From assembly GCA_043228905.1 (NCBI GenBank), contig JBHGNT010000017.1:744001-808000 (forward strand): DNA of 64,000 nucleotides. The letters are read 5' to 3'. Of the stretch, positions 37,949 to 51,024 are shown one piece after another (position 1 is the first letter of the stretch; each line of letters opens with the position of its first letter). This stretch comes from Azolla caroliniana. Taxonomy: Eukaryota > Plantae > Polypodiophyta. The notes under the pieces were generated by a model. That model was not told where the DNA came from. It saw nothing but the letters and a program-made list of their open reading frames with translations, and searched no databases. The translations under genes were made by a program, and so were the position numbers.

Positions 37949-38488
37949 TAAAACTTATTTTTATAAGAGGGGAACAACCGAGTTCCCTCAGGAACAACAA
38001 ACTGACATTATTTAGTTTTCGCTAAATACGCAACAACCTGGCAAAACGAAGACAAGAAATGTAGCGATGTTTTCATACTTACAAGCATAGTATGAACCAT
38101 ACGTACCATATGTGCATTCACATTCGCATAAGAAAAACACCCTCAAAGAATGATAAATACCATACTTTTACCATACTTTTGGATTAACTATTTATTATGA
38201 GGTAAATAAGCCTAAAAAATAGAAAACAAATAAACAAAAACATTAAAAAAATGGGAAAAAACAAAAAAAACACAAGAATGTTTGAATAACCCTAAATCCT
38301 AAACGTAGGAAACGAATGTTATGCTAGACGAACACGAATTTTACGTACTATGCTTACAAGTAAAACTTATTTTTATAAGAGAAGAACAACCCAATTTCCT
38401 CATGAGCAACAAAATGACATTATTTAGTTTTCGTTAAATGCGAAACGTGTTGACAAAAAGAAGACAGGAAATGTAACATTGTTTTCAA
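37949..38488. repeat. ~130-bp direct repeats flanking a MITE-like insert
   Basis: taaaacttatttttataagag...gaaatgta....tgttttca at 37949-38075 and 38361-38488. Confidence 0.85.
38076..38362. mobile_element. Stowaway/Tc1-mariner-like MITE
   Basis: Imperfect TIRs tacttacaagcatagtatg (38076-38094) and cgtactatgcttacaagta (38344-38362), 16/19 complementary, with outer TA dinucleotides; AT-rich and non-coding. Confidence 0.55.
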
Positions 38489-40234
38489 AGTTTTACTAAA
38501 CACATTGTGATCTGGCATAGTAAGGCATCACTTTCATAACTCAATGTATAACATGCCTTATATATATGTATATATATTAAAATGGTATGAAGTGTATGAG
38601 CATGTCCTTGTCAAAGACTTCATTTTCCATCTCAAAATTGAAAGGAGAATATGATACGTAATTATTAGCATATATTTTGAATGGGGATATTATTCCAAAC
38701 ACATATAAATCATGAGAATGTTTTCTTTGCTTCATTCCAAGTTGGGTTGAGAGATGACCATTAACTTTATAGATGTACATTTGTTCTAGACACATACTTG
38801 AGAATTTGATGCGTGGATGAATGTGACACTACTTGAGTTATATGTTGAGAAATGTACATGTTCACCAAGGTAAAAACCAAGTTTGATAGAAAATTCAAAG
38901 CAACAAGACATGGAAGGCTCAAGGCTCCCAAAATCAATTCTTGAAATTTAATCAAATATTTTCATCATGGCTGTTTTTTAGCATTAGTTAGAAAATTAGA
39001 TGTTTGGGCAAAAACAATGTCTAAGTTTAGCATATTGACCAAGATTATGAAAATTAGTGACACATTTTTGCTTCAGCTTGAGACACAATAACCAATATGC
39101 TTGTGAGATTCACAACTTTTGACTAATGGGAGTTTGATGCTTCATCATATTGTGTGAAAGATTACAAGATTAATTGTCAAAGATTCAACATCATGTGCCA
39201 ACAGTTGGTCATGTCAAGGTAGAGGATAAATGGATTTAGAGTCATGGTAAAGTAAGGTGGTATGCAATGAACAAATGTAGATGTGTAATCCATACATATA
39301 TGTTCAACATGTTCAGTGTCTTGATGTATATTGCTTTGATGGATGTAAATTGCATAAACTAATTCCTCATGGTCATGTATTCAATAACTCCACCACTAGA
39401 CGAAGACCTACAATTGTTAATTATCCCTCTTGATTGATCTCTCGCTTGTATATGTTAGTTATAGCTCTTGGTTGATTATGTCAATTACACTAGAATCCTA
39501 CATGGCACAATGAGAATCTTGAGATGGTAACAATGTATTTGAGTCTATTAACCTATGATATGTTGACATATCAACTTTTTTAATGTAGCTGAAGGTTAAG
39601 CTTAGGTTGCACATGTTTTTGTATCTTAAATGAATGTATTTTCCACATTTTCTCAATGCATTCTCAATTGTCTCCCCTTCTAATGTTGTGATATAGGTAG
39701 GAACATATGAGTGTGACACTTGTACATTAGTTCTCTAAATAAACTCTCATTGTCTTCTCTATTTATCTTAACTAATTGATTATTTGTGTATATGATGTAC
39801 ATGCTTAATTAGGGAGTGTAGCATGTTAACAAAAGAATAGGGATCATTGTTTGCAATCTTGCAAAGGAACAACAACCCATTTATCTTGAACAATACGCAA
39901 TGACACTTTGTTGCCCATGAATACATTAGAATTATGAAAATACTCCCGATTACTCCTTTCTCTTTCTCCCTTTTACTTTTCCAAATTCCCAAATTACTCT
40001 TTTCTCTACCGTCTCCACTTCCATTTTTCGAAATTCCGAAATTTCATTCTCTCCTATCTTTCTAACATATCCTCTCCCTCCACCTATCTCTCTCAATCAC
40101 AAAGCCACACTCAATTAAAACATTCATTTTGCTACTAAACTCCACACATACTACATGAAAAAGCTTAAATTTGCCTTTTGGCCTCATATGTCATATTTGA
40201 CTTCACGGATAATAATATACATATCTACAAATTT

Positions 40235-40235
<1 letters not shown>

Positions 40236-40294
<59 letters not shown>
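40236..40294. repeat. (GA)n microsatellite
   Basis: Directly visible. Confidence 0.95.
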
Positions 40295-40296
<2 letters not shown>

Positions 40297-43200
40297 TTTT
40301 TTTTAGAGAGAGAAAGAGGAAAGGAAAATGTGAGAATGAAAGAGGGAGGAGAGAGAAAAGGCATTTGGGTAGTTTCAATGTTTTCAAAAGGGGGGGAGAG
40401 TAATTTGGGAGTTCAACCAAACTATAAGGCTATTTTTGTAAATTTCCTTTATATTAGGCATTTGAGGAGAAAGCAAAATCTTAACAAGTTTAATTGAGGG
40501 GAGTTGGAGGCCCAATTTGTATTTGTTGAACGTCGTGCTATGTTTACATATTTATGTGCACCTTGATCCATACCCATTTTATATTATGTGTACAATGGAA
40601 GATGAAGATCATAAGGATATAACGAGGCATTTGACAATTTAAAAAATGTGCCAATCTATGTCTCACACTCATGAGGTTTATACATAGATACCCAAATCAT
40701 GGACATGTGTGCCATTTACATCATGGAGAATGGAGAAAAATGAGGAGATTCACATTACCATACAGATTCGTATAGATCGAATTTTTGGAGATTTTTCTTT
40801 TATAAGCATTGCTATTGACAATTGTTTTGTTGCATGGCAATGACCCATTAATGGAGTTTCCATAATAATTCTAGTATACACAATCACTCTTCAAGTTATC
40901 AAGTTATTTAAATAATTACTACTTGTGCATTATAAGGGAGGAGTCCCATGAGATGGAAATCTCATGTACGGTGTGTGGAAATTGTTTCCATGTTCCTAAT
41001 ACTCTATACACTTCATTTGCTGGCAGCTGTATGAGCTCGGACCACTCGAACATCCTTGATAATGAAGGAAAGGTTATGGGTTTCGTATGAACAACATTTG
41101 GATATTTGCCTCTCGTTCAATTACTCTAATTGTGTATACCTTGTACTGACATGATGATGGTTTTTTTACAAAGTTACACACATCAAACTCTTTAAATTAT
41201 TTATTTACATCACCTAGTACATCACAAGCAACACTAGACTCAATACATCACGTTAGTACTTTGTATTGATGGGGAACATGTAGAACACATATAATATTAG
41301 ACTTTGATGGAAAATATGTAATTGTCAAAATGTTAGAATGCAAAAGTTTGCATTAATCCATAATAATATCAACATTAGAATTATTTAAGTTTAGGCAATC
41401 TAACAAATCGTTACATTTTACTAAGTGATAACAAAATTAGCATAAAGTTCTTGCAAGGAGTCATGTATCGTTATGGTACCATGATGGACATATAACTTAT
41501 TGGTATGTGCAATTAGATGTATGACATACAATGGTGCTTTCCAAACATTGGCGTTGTACCAAATGTTCATATGACTTCAATATTTTTCCAATTCAGCCTA
41601 AGTTAGCATGAGGTCAATACAGAATCCAACCCCCCTTGTTGTTGGAGCTTTGAAATACCTAGGGCGAGAAGGGATATGCCCCCCAACACAAAGGGATTGT
41701 CTCCTAGACAAAGCAATTGTAACTTAGGTCGCAAGTATGACAATCTATCTTTTAAGAAAGACAAATTTAAACATTATAATTCAATTCCAACATCCCAACA
41801 TAGAAAACAATATGTGGTACCTTATCAAAGTAGTAGAGAAGTTTAATTGAATCCATTAGAAGCTAAATTGTCAAACATTTATGCAAAGTTATTTGGAAGC
41901 CAAACTTCAAGTTTAAAAATGTAAGGTGCAATACAAATATATAAATGTTTATGTTGTCAATGCCAGCTATTCAAATTAAATTGAATGTTCAGATGAGTTC
42001 TTATGTTACAACAACCAATTTATTTGCTAATTTACATGAGAAGTTTCTATTCATATAGTTTGTATAGAAACTTGTCTTCTGGTTTTAGAAACATGGTTAA
42101 TTTCCTAAGATACTTCGAATTATAACACCTCAATGTAGTAGACCCAAATAACCGTCTTCTATTGAGATGACTCTTATAATTGGGATGGTCATGGAAGGGC
42201 CAAGATTCGATATCATATAACATTCACATGCAGACTAATTACATCTTACCCTTTCATGGTTTCTATTAATAAATACTTTTTATCTACTTGTTCAATTTTG
42301 CAAAGAGTCAATACCCAAATTGACTTCTTGTGATGCAACACTTTGAGTGAATTGAGGACGTAAGGTGTTATTGGTACAACAATGTTGGCTGGATTATCTC
42401 CACATTTTGTTTTTTGCTATGTTCACGTCTTAGCCAATTAGCCATTATTAAATTATGATGATTTGGTACTTTGTTTATTTTTGTTGTTTTATGTTTTATG
42501 ATTTAATATATAAACCATCCTATTGTATGCATGATGAAGATGCCACACCCATGCTTGCACTCATGTACTTGATGTTTTGTTAAGGCATAATGCTACAAAC
42601 AACGTTCAACATGTTTGAAGATAAAATTTGTTATTGGAAATATTGTCGAATAAGTTCGTTCCCTTCAAGCATCAAATTGAGTAAAGTGCAAATAATATAC
42701 TTAGTGTAAAAGCATCATGTACAAAGAGGACTTGGCATAGGTCAATATTAGAATGGATAAAGTATTATGCTGTCCTTAGTAGTGCTAAGTAAAAAAACAT
42801 AATACATCACATCATGGAGTTGGCATAATTACGATATTTGTCTTTTAATGTGTCTCTGAAATATTAACGAAGAAATTTACTCTGGGAAGAGACAATATAC
42901 CGTAGTGTGGCATGATGTCAAATATTATCTTCCAAGATAAGTTGAACATGTGGGTATTTCGAATGGTATCTAGAACGGAATCAATGGTTGGGTGTGGAGC
43001 CATGCACGTTATGTGGGACTTGAGTTAATAAGAAACATTCAATGAAACTTGGAAGAGTAATTTTGAAACAAAATTTGAGGAATCAATGCCCTAGTCTCCA
43101 TTGATGTACATCTTTCCTCTTGAAGATCTCTTCCTTTTCATCCCATCTTTTGGTACGCTTTAGCTCAGATACAGACACAAAACTCTCTCTCTCTCTATGT

Positions 43201-44159
43201 GTGTGTGTGTGTGCATGATATCACTAGTTGGGGAACTCAAAGTGAGGTAACACGCACACCCACACACTTTCTTTCGCAATGTAACACCATAATACAGTAC
43301 ACACGTTACTTTTACCGCCCCCAAAAAAACTCACAAAGTCCACCCATGCTATATGAACAACACGGTTTCACACAAGAAGCGATCAAAGTACTCATAACAA
43401 GGCTATGAATCCAACTTTGGATGTCACCCATCTTGGTATCTTTTCATTAATGTGGGTGTGTGTATGTGTCATATGTGTGAAACCATGTTTTCCACATCAT
43501 GGACATATTATGATTCTACTTCCACTATTTCCTTGTCTTGTCTTCCTAAGTAATTTATGAGAGTCATGCACCCACTCTTTTTGTTGTTGCCATGGCTCTT
43601 CTATAAGAATGTTATGGATTCAAATTTCCATATATATGTAGAATATGGATCTATATAAACATATAGTCCTTTCATGATAAAATTCAAAAGATCCTCTCCC
43701 CTGCAATACAATCAAACCCATGGATTTTCATAAGAGATTTCCTGACACAATTTACATCATCCTTGACAAGTACATCATGAAATTAAAGGCTCCCCCCCCC
43801 CCCCCCCCCTCCTCTCTCACACACACACACAAGCATCTCTCCCTAGTATATATGTACATATATATAAGCCTATAGATAATTGGATTATTCTTATACCTTC
43901 CAAGTTAGTTCCAATAGGAAAAGCGAGCTTGTCACACATCCATCTATACATGCATATATAGGGCCTACCATATTAGCATTGGAGCTATAGTGCTACTATA
44001 TAGCCTTATAACTAACCTACTTACTAGGTCCTACATTAACCACCACCTTATTGCCTTACTATAAGGTTATACCTTAACAATTCATTCAAACTACACATTT
44101 CTTTCATATTTTGCTTTGCCAAGCCACTCATTAGCTGCTTATTTATTCCTATTAGTAGT

Positions 44160-44163
<4 letters not shown>

Positions 44164-44203
<40 letters not shown>
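44164..44203. repeat. (CA)n microsatellite ending 11 nt before the bHLH ATG
   Basis: Directly visible. Confidence 0.95.
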
Positions 44204-44206
<3 letters not shown>

Positions 44207-44214
44207 TAATACCA

Positions 44215-46285
44215 ATGGATCATATGCTAATGCTTGACCATTATTGCATGAACAATCTTGCATCAAACAATCATGATCATCATGAGAGCTTTATGAATTA
44301 TAATGACCATAATAATAATAATAATAATAATAATAAGAATAAGAATAAGAATATGCCACCTTGTATAAGCCATGATGATGAGAAATCAAGGTTGATGGAT
44401 TTTCTATTGAATAATTCATACAATGAAGGTATTAGTGGTTATGCACTATTCGATCCATTGATACACAATGCTAATAATAACCTTATAAATATACTTAATC
44501 ATGATGCTAATTCTGTAAGCAATCATTATAATCATGAACTTGATGATGAATTATTATATCGCCATATCCCGACTAATCATAATATTGAACTACCTGCTCA
44601 CAATATCAACATTATAAATCCTAGTTGTAGGACCACAAACGATAAGATTAACAATAACAAGAATGCAATTAGGAGTCCACTGAATGTAATTAGGGATCAT
44701 TTCATGTTGCCACTGTTGGAGCAAGAGCCTGAAGCAATAATCAATGGCAGCAGCAGTATTTGTGATAGTGATTATTTCACTAGGAAGAGACCCCTCACGG
44801 AGGGTTGGACAGCCACCAGAGAAGCTAACCCTAATTCTAAGCTAGCTAAGAAGCTCAAATTTAATGCAGTAGATCATGCAAAGGTGGAAAAACCTGCAGC
44901 TAAGAAGAAAGGCTCAACTAATCAGATGTCATCGTCATCATCATCACCATCATCATCTTCCTCTTCTATCATTAAGCCCATTAATCAGAAACTTTCTGCT
45001 CTGAATACTCATCTTCATCATCATCTTCATCATAATAATAGTAATCATAATAATCATAATAATAACAGTAATCCTGAGGCAAGTGATATTACAAATCTGA
45101 GCTCCATTATGCCTAGTAGTAGTAGTGATTGTAGCTTGCAGACTGCTACTACTCCTACGAATACTACCACACATATCACAGTTGAACGGAACAGGCGGAA
45201 ACAGATGAATGAGCATTTGGCCATTCTTCGATCTTTGATGCCCAAATCATATGTGCAAAGGGTAAGTAAGTCAGTAATACTTGAATTAAAACCCATGTTT
45301 ATGAGAGAATCCTTGGGTTACATTCCTCCATTCGACTACTAGGGTTTTTGGCCTGACAATTTTTTTGCGACTGTTAGGGTTTTTACACATTAGGGTTATA
45401 CTTACATATTAGATGTCTAAAAGAAAAAAAGATAGGACTTCAAATTTCATGCTTAAAATTTTCAGACATATTTAACACTTGTTTTGTGCTGGCCATATCA
45501 GTAAGTCATGGTGATATCGTTAGTAAGAATGCATTAATCCCTGCAACCCTAGAGTCAGACACAGGTCAAATTAGACTGTAGAGTTAATTATATGCTTATT
45601 AAACACTCATGCATTAATCCCTGCAAACCCTAGAGTCAGACACCACTCAAATCATCCTTTAGGTATGCATACTGTAGTGCTAATTATATGCATTTTAAAC
45701 ACTCGTGCATTAATCCCTGCAAACCCTAGAGTCACACACCACTTAAATCATCCTTTAGTATGCATAATAATATGATTATTAAGCATCATGCATTAATTCC
45801 TGCAACCCTAGAGTCAGACACCAGTCAAATCATCCTGTAATATGCACAATTATATGATTATTAAGCATCATGCATCTATCCCTGCAACCCTAGAATCACA
45901 CACCAGTCAAATCATCCATTATTATGCATACTGTAGTGTAATTATATATATGCTTAGTAAACATCATTATCATCATCATTCTTCCAAGTAGAAGTTAGAA
46001 CACCAAAAACAAAAAAAGCAAGCATCATTGCATTTTTGCACAACCATCATTATCATCATGTTTGGAACAAGTGTGTCCAAGTCTCCACTGCAATTAGTCA
46101 ATCTTGTACCATGCTTAGTTTGTACGTGTACCATCAAATAAATGATGATAAAAGTTATGATGTTGCATCTCAAGAGAAAAGAAACAAGACAAAAAAAAAC
46201 GTTTCTCCTTTGTTGTTGGTCTTCAAGTCAAATCTTATGTATGTATGTATGTATGTATGTATGTATATGTATGTATGTATGTATG

Positions 46286-46317
<32 letters not shown>

Positions 46318-46335
46318 TGTATGTATGTATGTATG

Positions 46336-46367
<32 letters not shown>

Positions 46368-47116
46368 TACATGGTGCTTATATATGTGGACATTGTCACA
46401 TTCCAGGCCGATCAAGCCTCCATAATTGGAGGGGTGGTGGACTTCATCACTGAGCTCAAAGAGCTCGTGGACTCACTCGAAGCAAGGAAACGACGCACAT
46501 TGATGCTTGGCGCGATCATATCGAGCCCCACATCCGTAATGTGTCCCCTCGAGAGCAGAGTTGCAAGCCCGACCAATAGTAACAACATCAACCACGAAAC
46601 ATATCATATCAATAAATCCCTATATTCACCAACTCTCACACATAATGCCTCCAAGCTGCCTACTAGTAGTTGCCATCATGACTTGCTATTGGCAACCTCC
46701 TCTTCGACTCTCGCCGAGGTGGATGTTAGACTTGAAGGTGGTACCCACGTCATTCTCCGCACGCGAACTCCCAACTCTAATTCTTCCTTGCATGCACCCT
46801 CATCCAAGTTAGCCATGCCTTCTCGACAACTTCTTGGGCATCTGGTGTCAGGCCTTGAACGCTTGAGCTTCGAGATTCTCCACCTCCACATTACCAATGA
46901 CCCCCAACAAGCTACTCATCAAGTGCTATACACCTTCACCCTAAATGTATGTGTATGTTTGGACATGTTTTCCCCCTTCTTGTGAACTCATTGTGTGTTG
47001 GAAGTGGAACATATTGGTAACATAGGCTAGTTGTATGTGAACACATGCACATCACATTATTGTGCCTAGTAAGGAACTTGGAGTGCACTGGTCACACATG
47101 CTAGTTGTATGTAAAT

Positions 47117-47152
<36 letters not shown>

Positions 47153-47559
47153 ACACACACAACAATGGTATGTATATAGTTGCCAAGAAAAAGTTTCCTT
47201 TCACTTGTAATCCATATGCTATTTCTATATTGTAAAAATGCACATATAGACACAATTAGCAAACACATTGGCATGCACTTGTAATATACGCCATGTTTAT
47301 GTGCATAGATAGATTTGTAGTTAGTTATCACAAAGGGGCATGCATTTGTAAACCATTTGTACATACATAAGCATAGTTATAACCTAGTTAAGTGTCCTTG
47401 GTTTCTAGATTTGAATCTTTGGTTAATCCCAATTTAATAAGCAATGCCTAATATGTCAACTTTTTTGATTATTTGTAGATTGGGATTGAATGTCGACTCA
47501 GCGTGGATGAACTTGCTGAGGCCGTACAACAAATTTTCAAGGAAATTTATTCTAGATAG
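44215..47559 (+). CDS. group Ia bHLH transcription factor, SPEECHLESS/MUTE/FAMA (SMF) family, ~555 aa, 3 exons
   Basis: Exons 44215-45261, 46407-46946, 47479-47559 (GT-AG, phase 0). bHLH THITVERNRRKQMNEHLAILRSLMPKSYVQR|ADQASIIGGVVDFITEL; C-terminal SMF/ACT-like domain AEVDVRL...LERLSFEILHLHIT...VLYTFTLN|IGIECRLSVDELAEAVQQIF. The start codon is the first in-frame ATG, not verified. Confidence 0.92.
45529..45960. repeat. 5-copy minisatellite (80-96-bp period) in bHLH intron 1
   Basis: Core tgcattaatccctgcaa(a)ccctagagtcagacacca.tcaaat at ~45529, 45609, 45705, 45788 and 45870. Confidence 0.9.
46236..46369. repeat. (TATG)n microsatellite near the 3' end of bHLH intron 1
   Basis: Directly visible; explains the MYVC-repeat ORFs. 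Confidence 0.95.
47117..47160. repeat. (CA)n microsatellite in bHLH intron 2
   Basis: Directly visible. Confidence 0.95.
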
Positions 47560-49168
47560 CTAAATTGTTATTATTGATTCCTAGTATTAGGTCAAATAAT
47601 CAATGTATACCCCAAGGTAAATTACTTAAATGTACACATCATTAACCATGACTTTTCAAATGGTTATATGTGCAATTGAATTCAAGCAAAGTTACAACCA
47701 ATATGGAATTGAGTTAAATATCATGGCATTCTTTTTCTCATCTAGATTTTCTCATAATTTAGATTTCAACATCTGGATGATTATTGTTCAATAGGCAATG
47801 ATCATCATGTTGTAACTTGAATATTATACTGATCAAATTTTGTCACATGTAATTATTTTAAGGGATTGTCCCGACATAGAAGTGTTTCAATTTTATAGGG
47901 CATCATGCTAGGTGAAATATTGGTGTTAAAATTCAAAGATAAATTTGTTTGCCATGTGAGGGGATGATGAGCTTGTCATACGATGTTCTAGTGAGCTCAA
48001 TTCAAACCAAGTGAGCTTCTAATACATTGTAGTGTGCTTATAATTGGGAACAATTTAGTTTGAGTGAAAACGAAATAGTGAAATTAGGTGTAATGTCTTA
48101 AATGACTTGTTTTGCTTAAAGTAAGCTGTAAAATCTGAAAATGGTTTTGGTTCATATTAGTTTATCACATTTGAAACAATGCAAGTGTGTACATATATGT
48201 TAGTTTAAGAACTCATACATCTTATAGGATAATTTTTATAATATAATTTGATATAAAAATCATAAATCCTTAGTTGATGATTTTTAAATATACATTTTAA
48301 TATGCAAATTTATTATGAAAAGGGTTTAATTAGTTAAGTTTTAACTGGTTTTAAGGCATGAGGATCACTTAAACGGTTTCATGTATTGGTTTAGTTGGGA
48401 CTATGAAAGTTTCCCTTTTAAAAATGGTTTGAGTTTCAAACTCCCAAACCAAACCAAACCCAGACCGTTTGCTGATTTCCTAGTGTGCTACGAAAATGGT
48501 GATGTGATGAAATGTCCATGCAAACGAATCCAGCCAACTTATCCATGCATGAGTGGACGACTATTCCATGCTTGATCAAATTATTTTTCCAAAAAGAATA
48601 TCCTTGTATTAGTTATGAAAAGTAAAAACATACAAATTAGATGGAAAGGAAACCAAAAGACTTTCAAAAGCATCATGTGAAAGTCAATGACCAACTATAT
48701 ATCCTTCCCTTAAGTGAGCTAAGGAGATGACTCTACTACATACATCCAACTTAGTAGAGAACAACAAACAAGGGGGAGAGAATTGCTAGATCATCCTACA
48801 TTATTCCAAATGAAAAACTGAGATAGAACTCCAGAGGTTTCGAAAATCTATTTGTAATAATACTCTAGAATCCCTATGTATATCGTATTCAACTTTTAAA
48901 GAACTCATCAATTTTGACATAATTTATCACATAATATTTAACATTAAAAGCACATAATCATTCTTCCTTGGATATAATAATTAATCATTAACGAGTTTTC
49001 TTGCTTAGAAGAAGATTTGCTTACTAATTACACTCTAATCAGAAATTCCATATGTGAAGCTTGTGATATTTGAAGCTTAAGTGGTTCACATTGATGACAA
49101 ATAACTAGAAATGATATTTGCAATTCACTAAATTTAACAACATGATTCATCTATGTATATGTTTATTA

Positions 49169-49212
<44 letters not shown>
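49169..49212. repeat. (TA)n(TG)n microsatellite
   Basis: Directly visible. Confidence 0.9.
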
Positions 49213-51024
49213 ATCTTCTTTTTTCGACTCGAGTTTGTGAGAAACAACAAGATTGGATGTGCTTAAATATTGTACCATTTGTCGAGTTGGGCTTGTAAAA
49301 GACAACAACTAAAACTTAATGTCTGAGATAACTCTGAAGTTTTGATTATTCTTATAATTATTTTATTGGTTGATAATGAGTTCAATATTATAAATTATAA
49401 TAAATGTTATAGTTGTAGACTTTAGTAGTAGCGAGGTGACAGTGGACACTAAACACAAGGCTTCCTTGAATGCATCACACATGTGAATTAACGACATTCA
49501 GCAAAACTCATAAAAAAGCATCTCTTTCCCCGACAACTTGATCCAAGAGGATGGTATTATAGGAGAATTGATACCACAAATTGTTTGTCTACATCAAAGA
49601 ACACTCAAAATTCATATATTTTTGTTTTTATGCGGGTTACACATTTGATGTGTAAAAACACGAGGGAAAACGTAAAAACATCTTCTGCCACACAAAAAAA
49701 AAAACTATTCTACTATTGACAAATTATCTTCCAAATTTGACTCCATGATTGAGTGCATGGATCTCTACATTACACCACAAGGTGTTATAATATATGATAC
49801 AATTGGAACTTGAAATCTTTAAGTTCTACAATAGGACCATGAGAATTCCAGGATTTTATGGGCTTTATAGTAAATGATTAAGGTTCCCTATACATAAAAA
49901 TAAAGACTTTTTTGTGGCTTTTTAGTGTTAACTCTTTGTTATGACTCGTGAGTCATGTTTCCATAATAGATATTGTGCATTTGGTAGTGTTCCTTGTACA
50001 ATAGTTGGGGCTCGGGAGCCCTAATTGATGGTAATGTTCCTTGATTAGTCATCTAACGAACTTCGTTGGTGATTATGAAGCTATACACATTAACTTACAA
50101 ACGATAAAAACCGATCCAAAGGAATTGAGAGAACATTCTTGAACCCATGCATGAGATTATGACTAAAACAAAACATATACATATGTTTTTACGATGGCAT
50201 CAACTTTACAAAACACGTTTAAGATAAATATATAATGTGTCTTGGTATGTTTAGGCATGGTTAACACATGTTCTAATGTCAATCAATGAGTACTTTCTCC
50301 CAGAAATCTCCCGTGTATCATAATTAAAAGGGGATTGTATAATTTTTTGTTAAAGTAACTCCATTTTCTCAATTGATCTAATGCATCAACATGATAAAAT
50401 TATCTTCTAACAAGTGTACTTCGTTGTTTTAATATGTTGACAAGTGTACTTTGTTGTTCAATTTCTTTGAGAGTCTCAACATGTTTTTATGAGAAATGCA
50501 TGCCAACCATGAATGACGAGAAATAATATTGTTATCGTTACTGTGAATTTGAAAGATGCAAATAGGCTAGCTTACCCCTAAAGACTTATTCTTCCACTCA
50601 AATCTACTTGTGGGGATTTGTTGCGCCTATACTAAATTTAAATTTGTTAGTTTTATATTGCATCTTATAGGTGAGTTGTTCCCATTTAATGACAAAAAAT
50701 AAGAGCTAGAATATATGGCTATGATTACAAATTCGGGAGGTTGATTCTTTTAGGAGCCATCTCCTTGAATTTTTATATTCTTCGACATAACCTAATTATA
50801 AGAGAGGTAAGTATATATAGGGTGACCCTTCATAAATATGGAACCCCATTATATTTATGATGTATGGTTTTTTAACATATTAGGGTGTGAGTGATATGTA
50901 AACGAATGTAAGTCGTTCACTAGTTTCTATGTGGGATTGACCTATGATCTAAAGAATTACGTAAAGAAATTTCCCTTACATCATTTAATACTTTTAAGAT
51001 TAATGTCTGTATCAGAAAAACATG

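Noticed and set aside
39935-40450. Mutator-like MITE around the GA repeat
   Set aside because: Partial inverted similarity (actccc.attactc / gagtaatttgggagt) exists, but I could not define matching termini or a TSD.
44116-44214. N-terminal extension of the bHLH from the ORF track
   Set aside because: It starts at TTG and encodes poly-(TH) from a CA microsatellite; more likely 5' UTR.
45529-45960. CRISPR array
   Set aside because: The spacers are homologous to one another, the repeats are degenerate, there are no cas genes, and it lies in a spliceosomal intron.
46036-46453. MYVC-repeat ORFs (also ORFs 885..1133, 40155..40420, 47052..47364)
   Set aside because: Translations of microsatellites.
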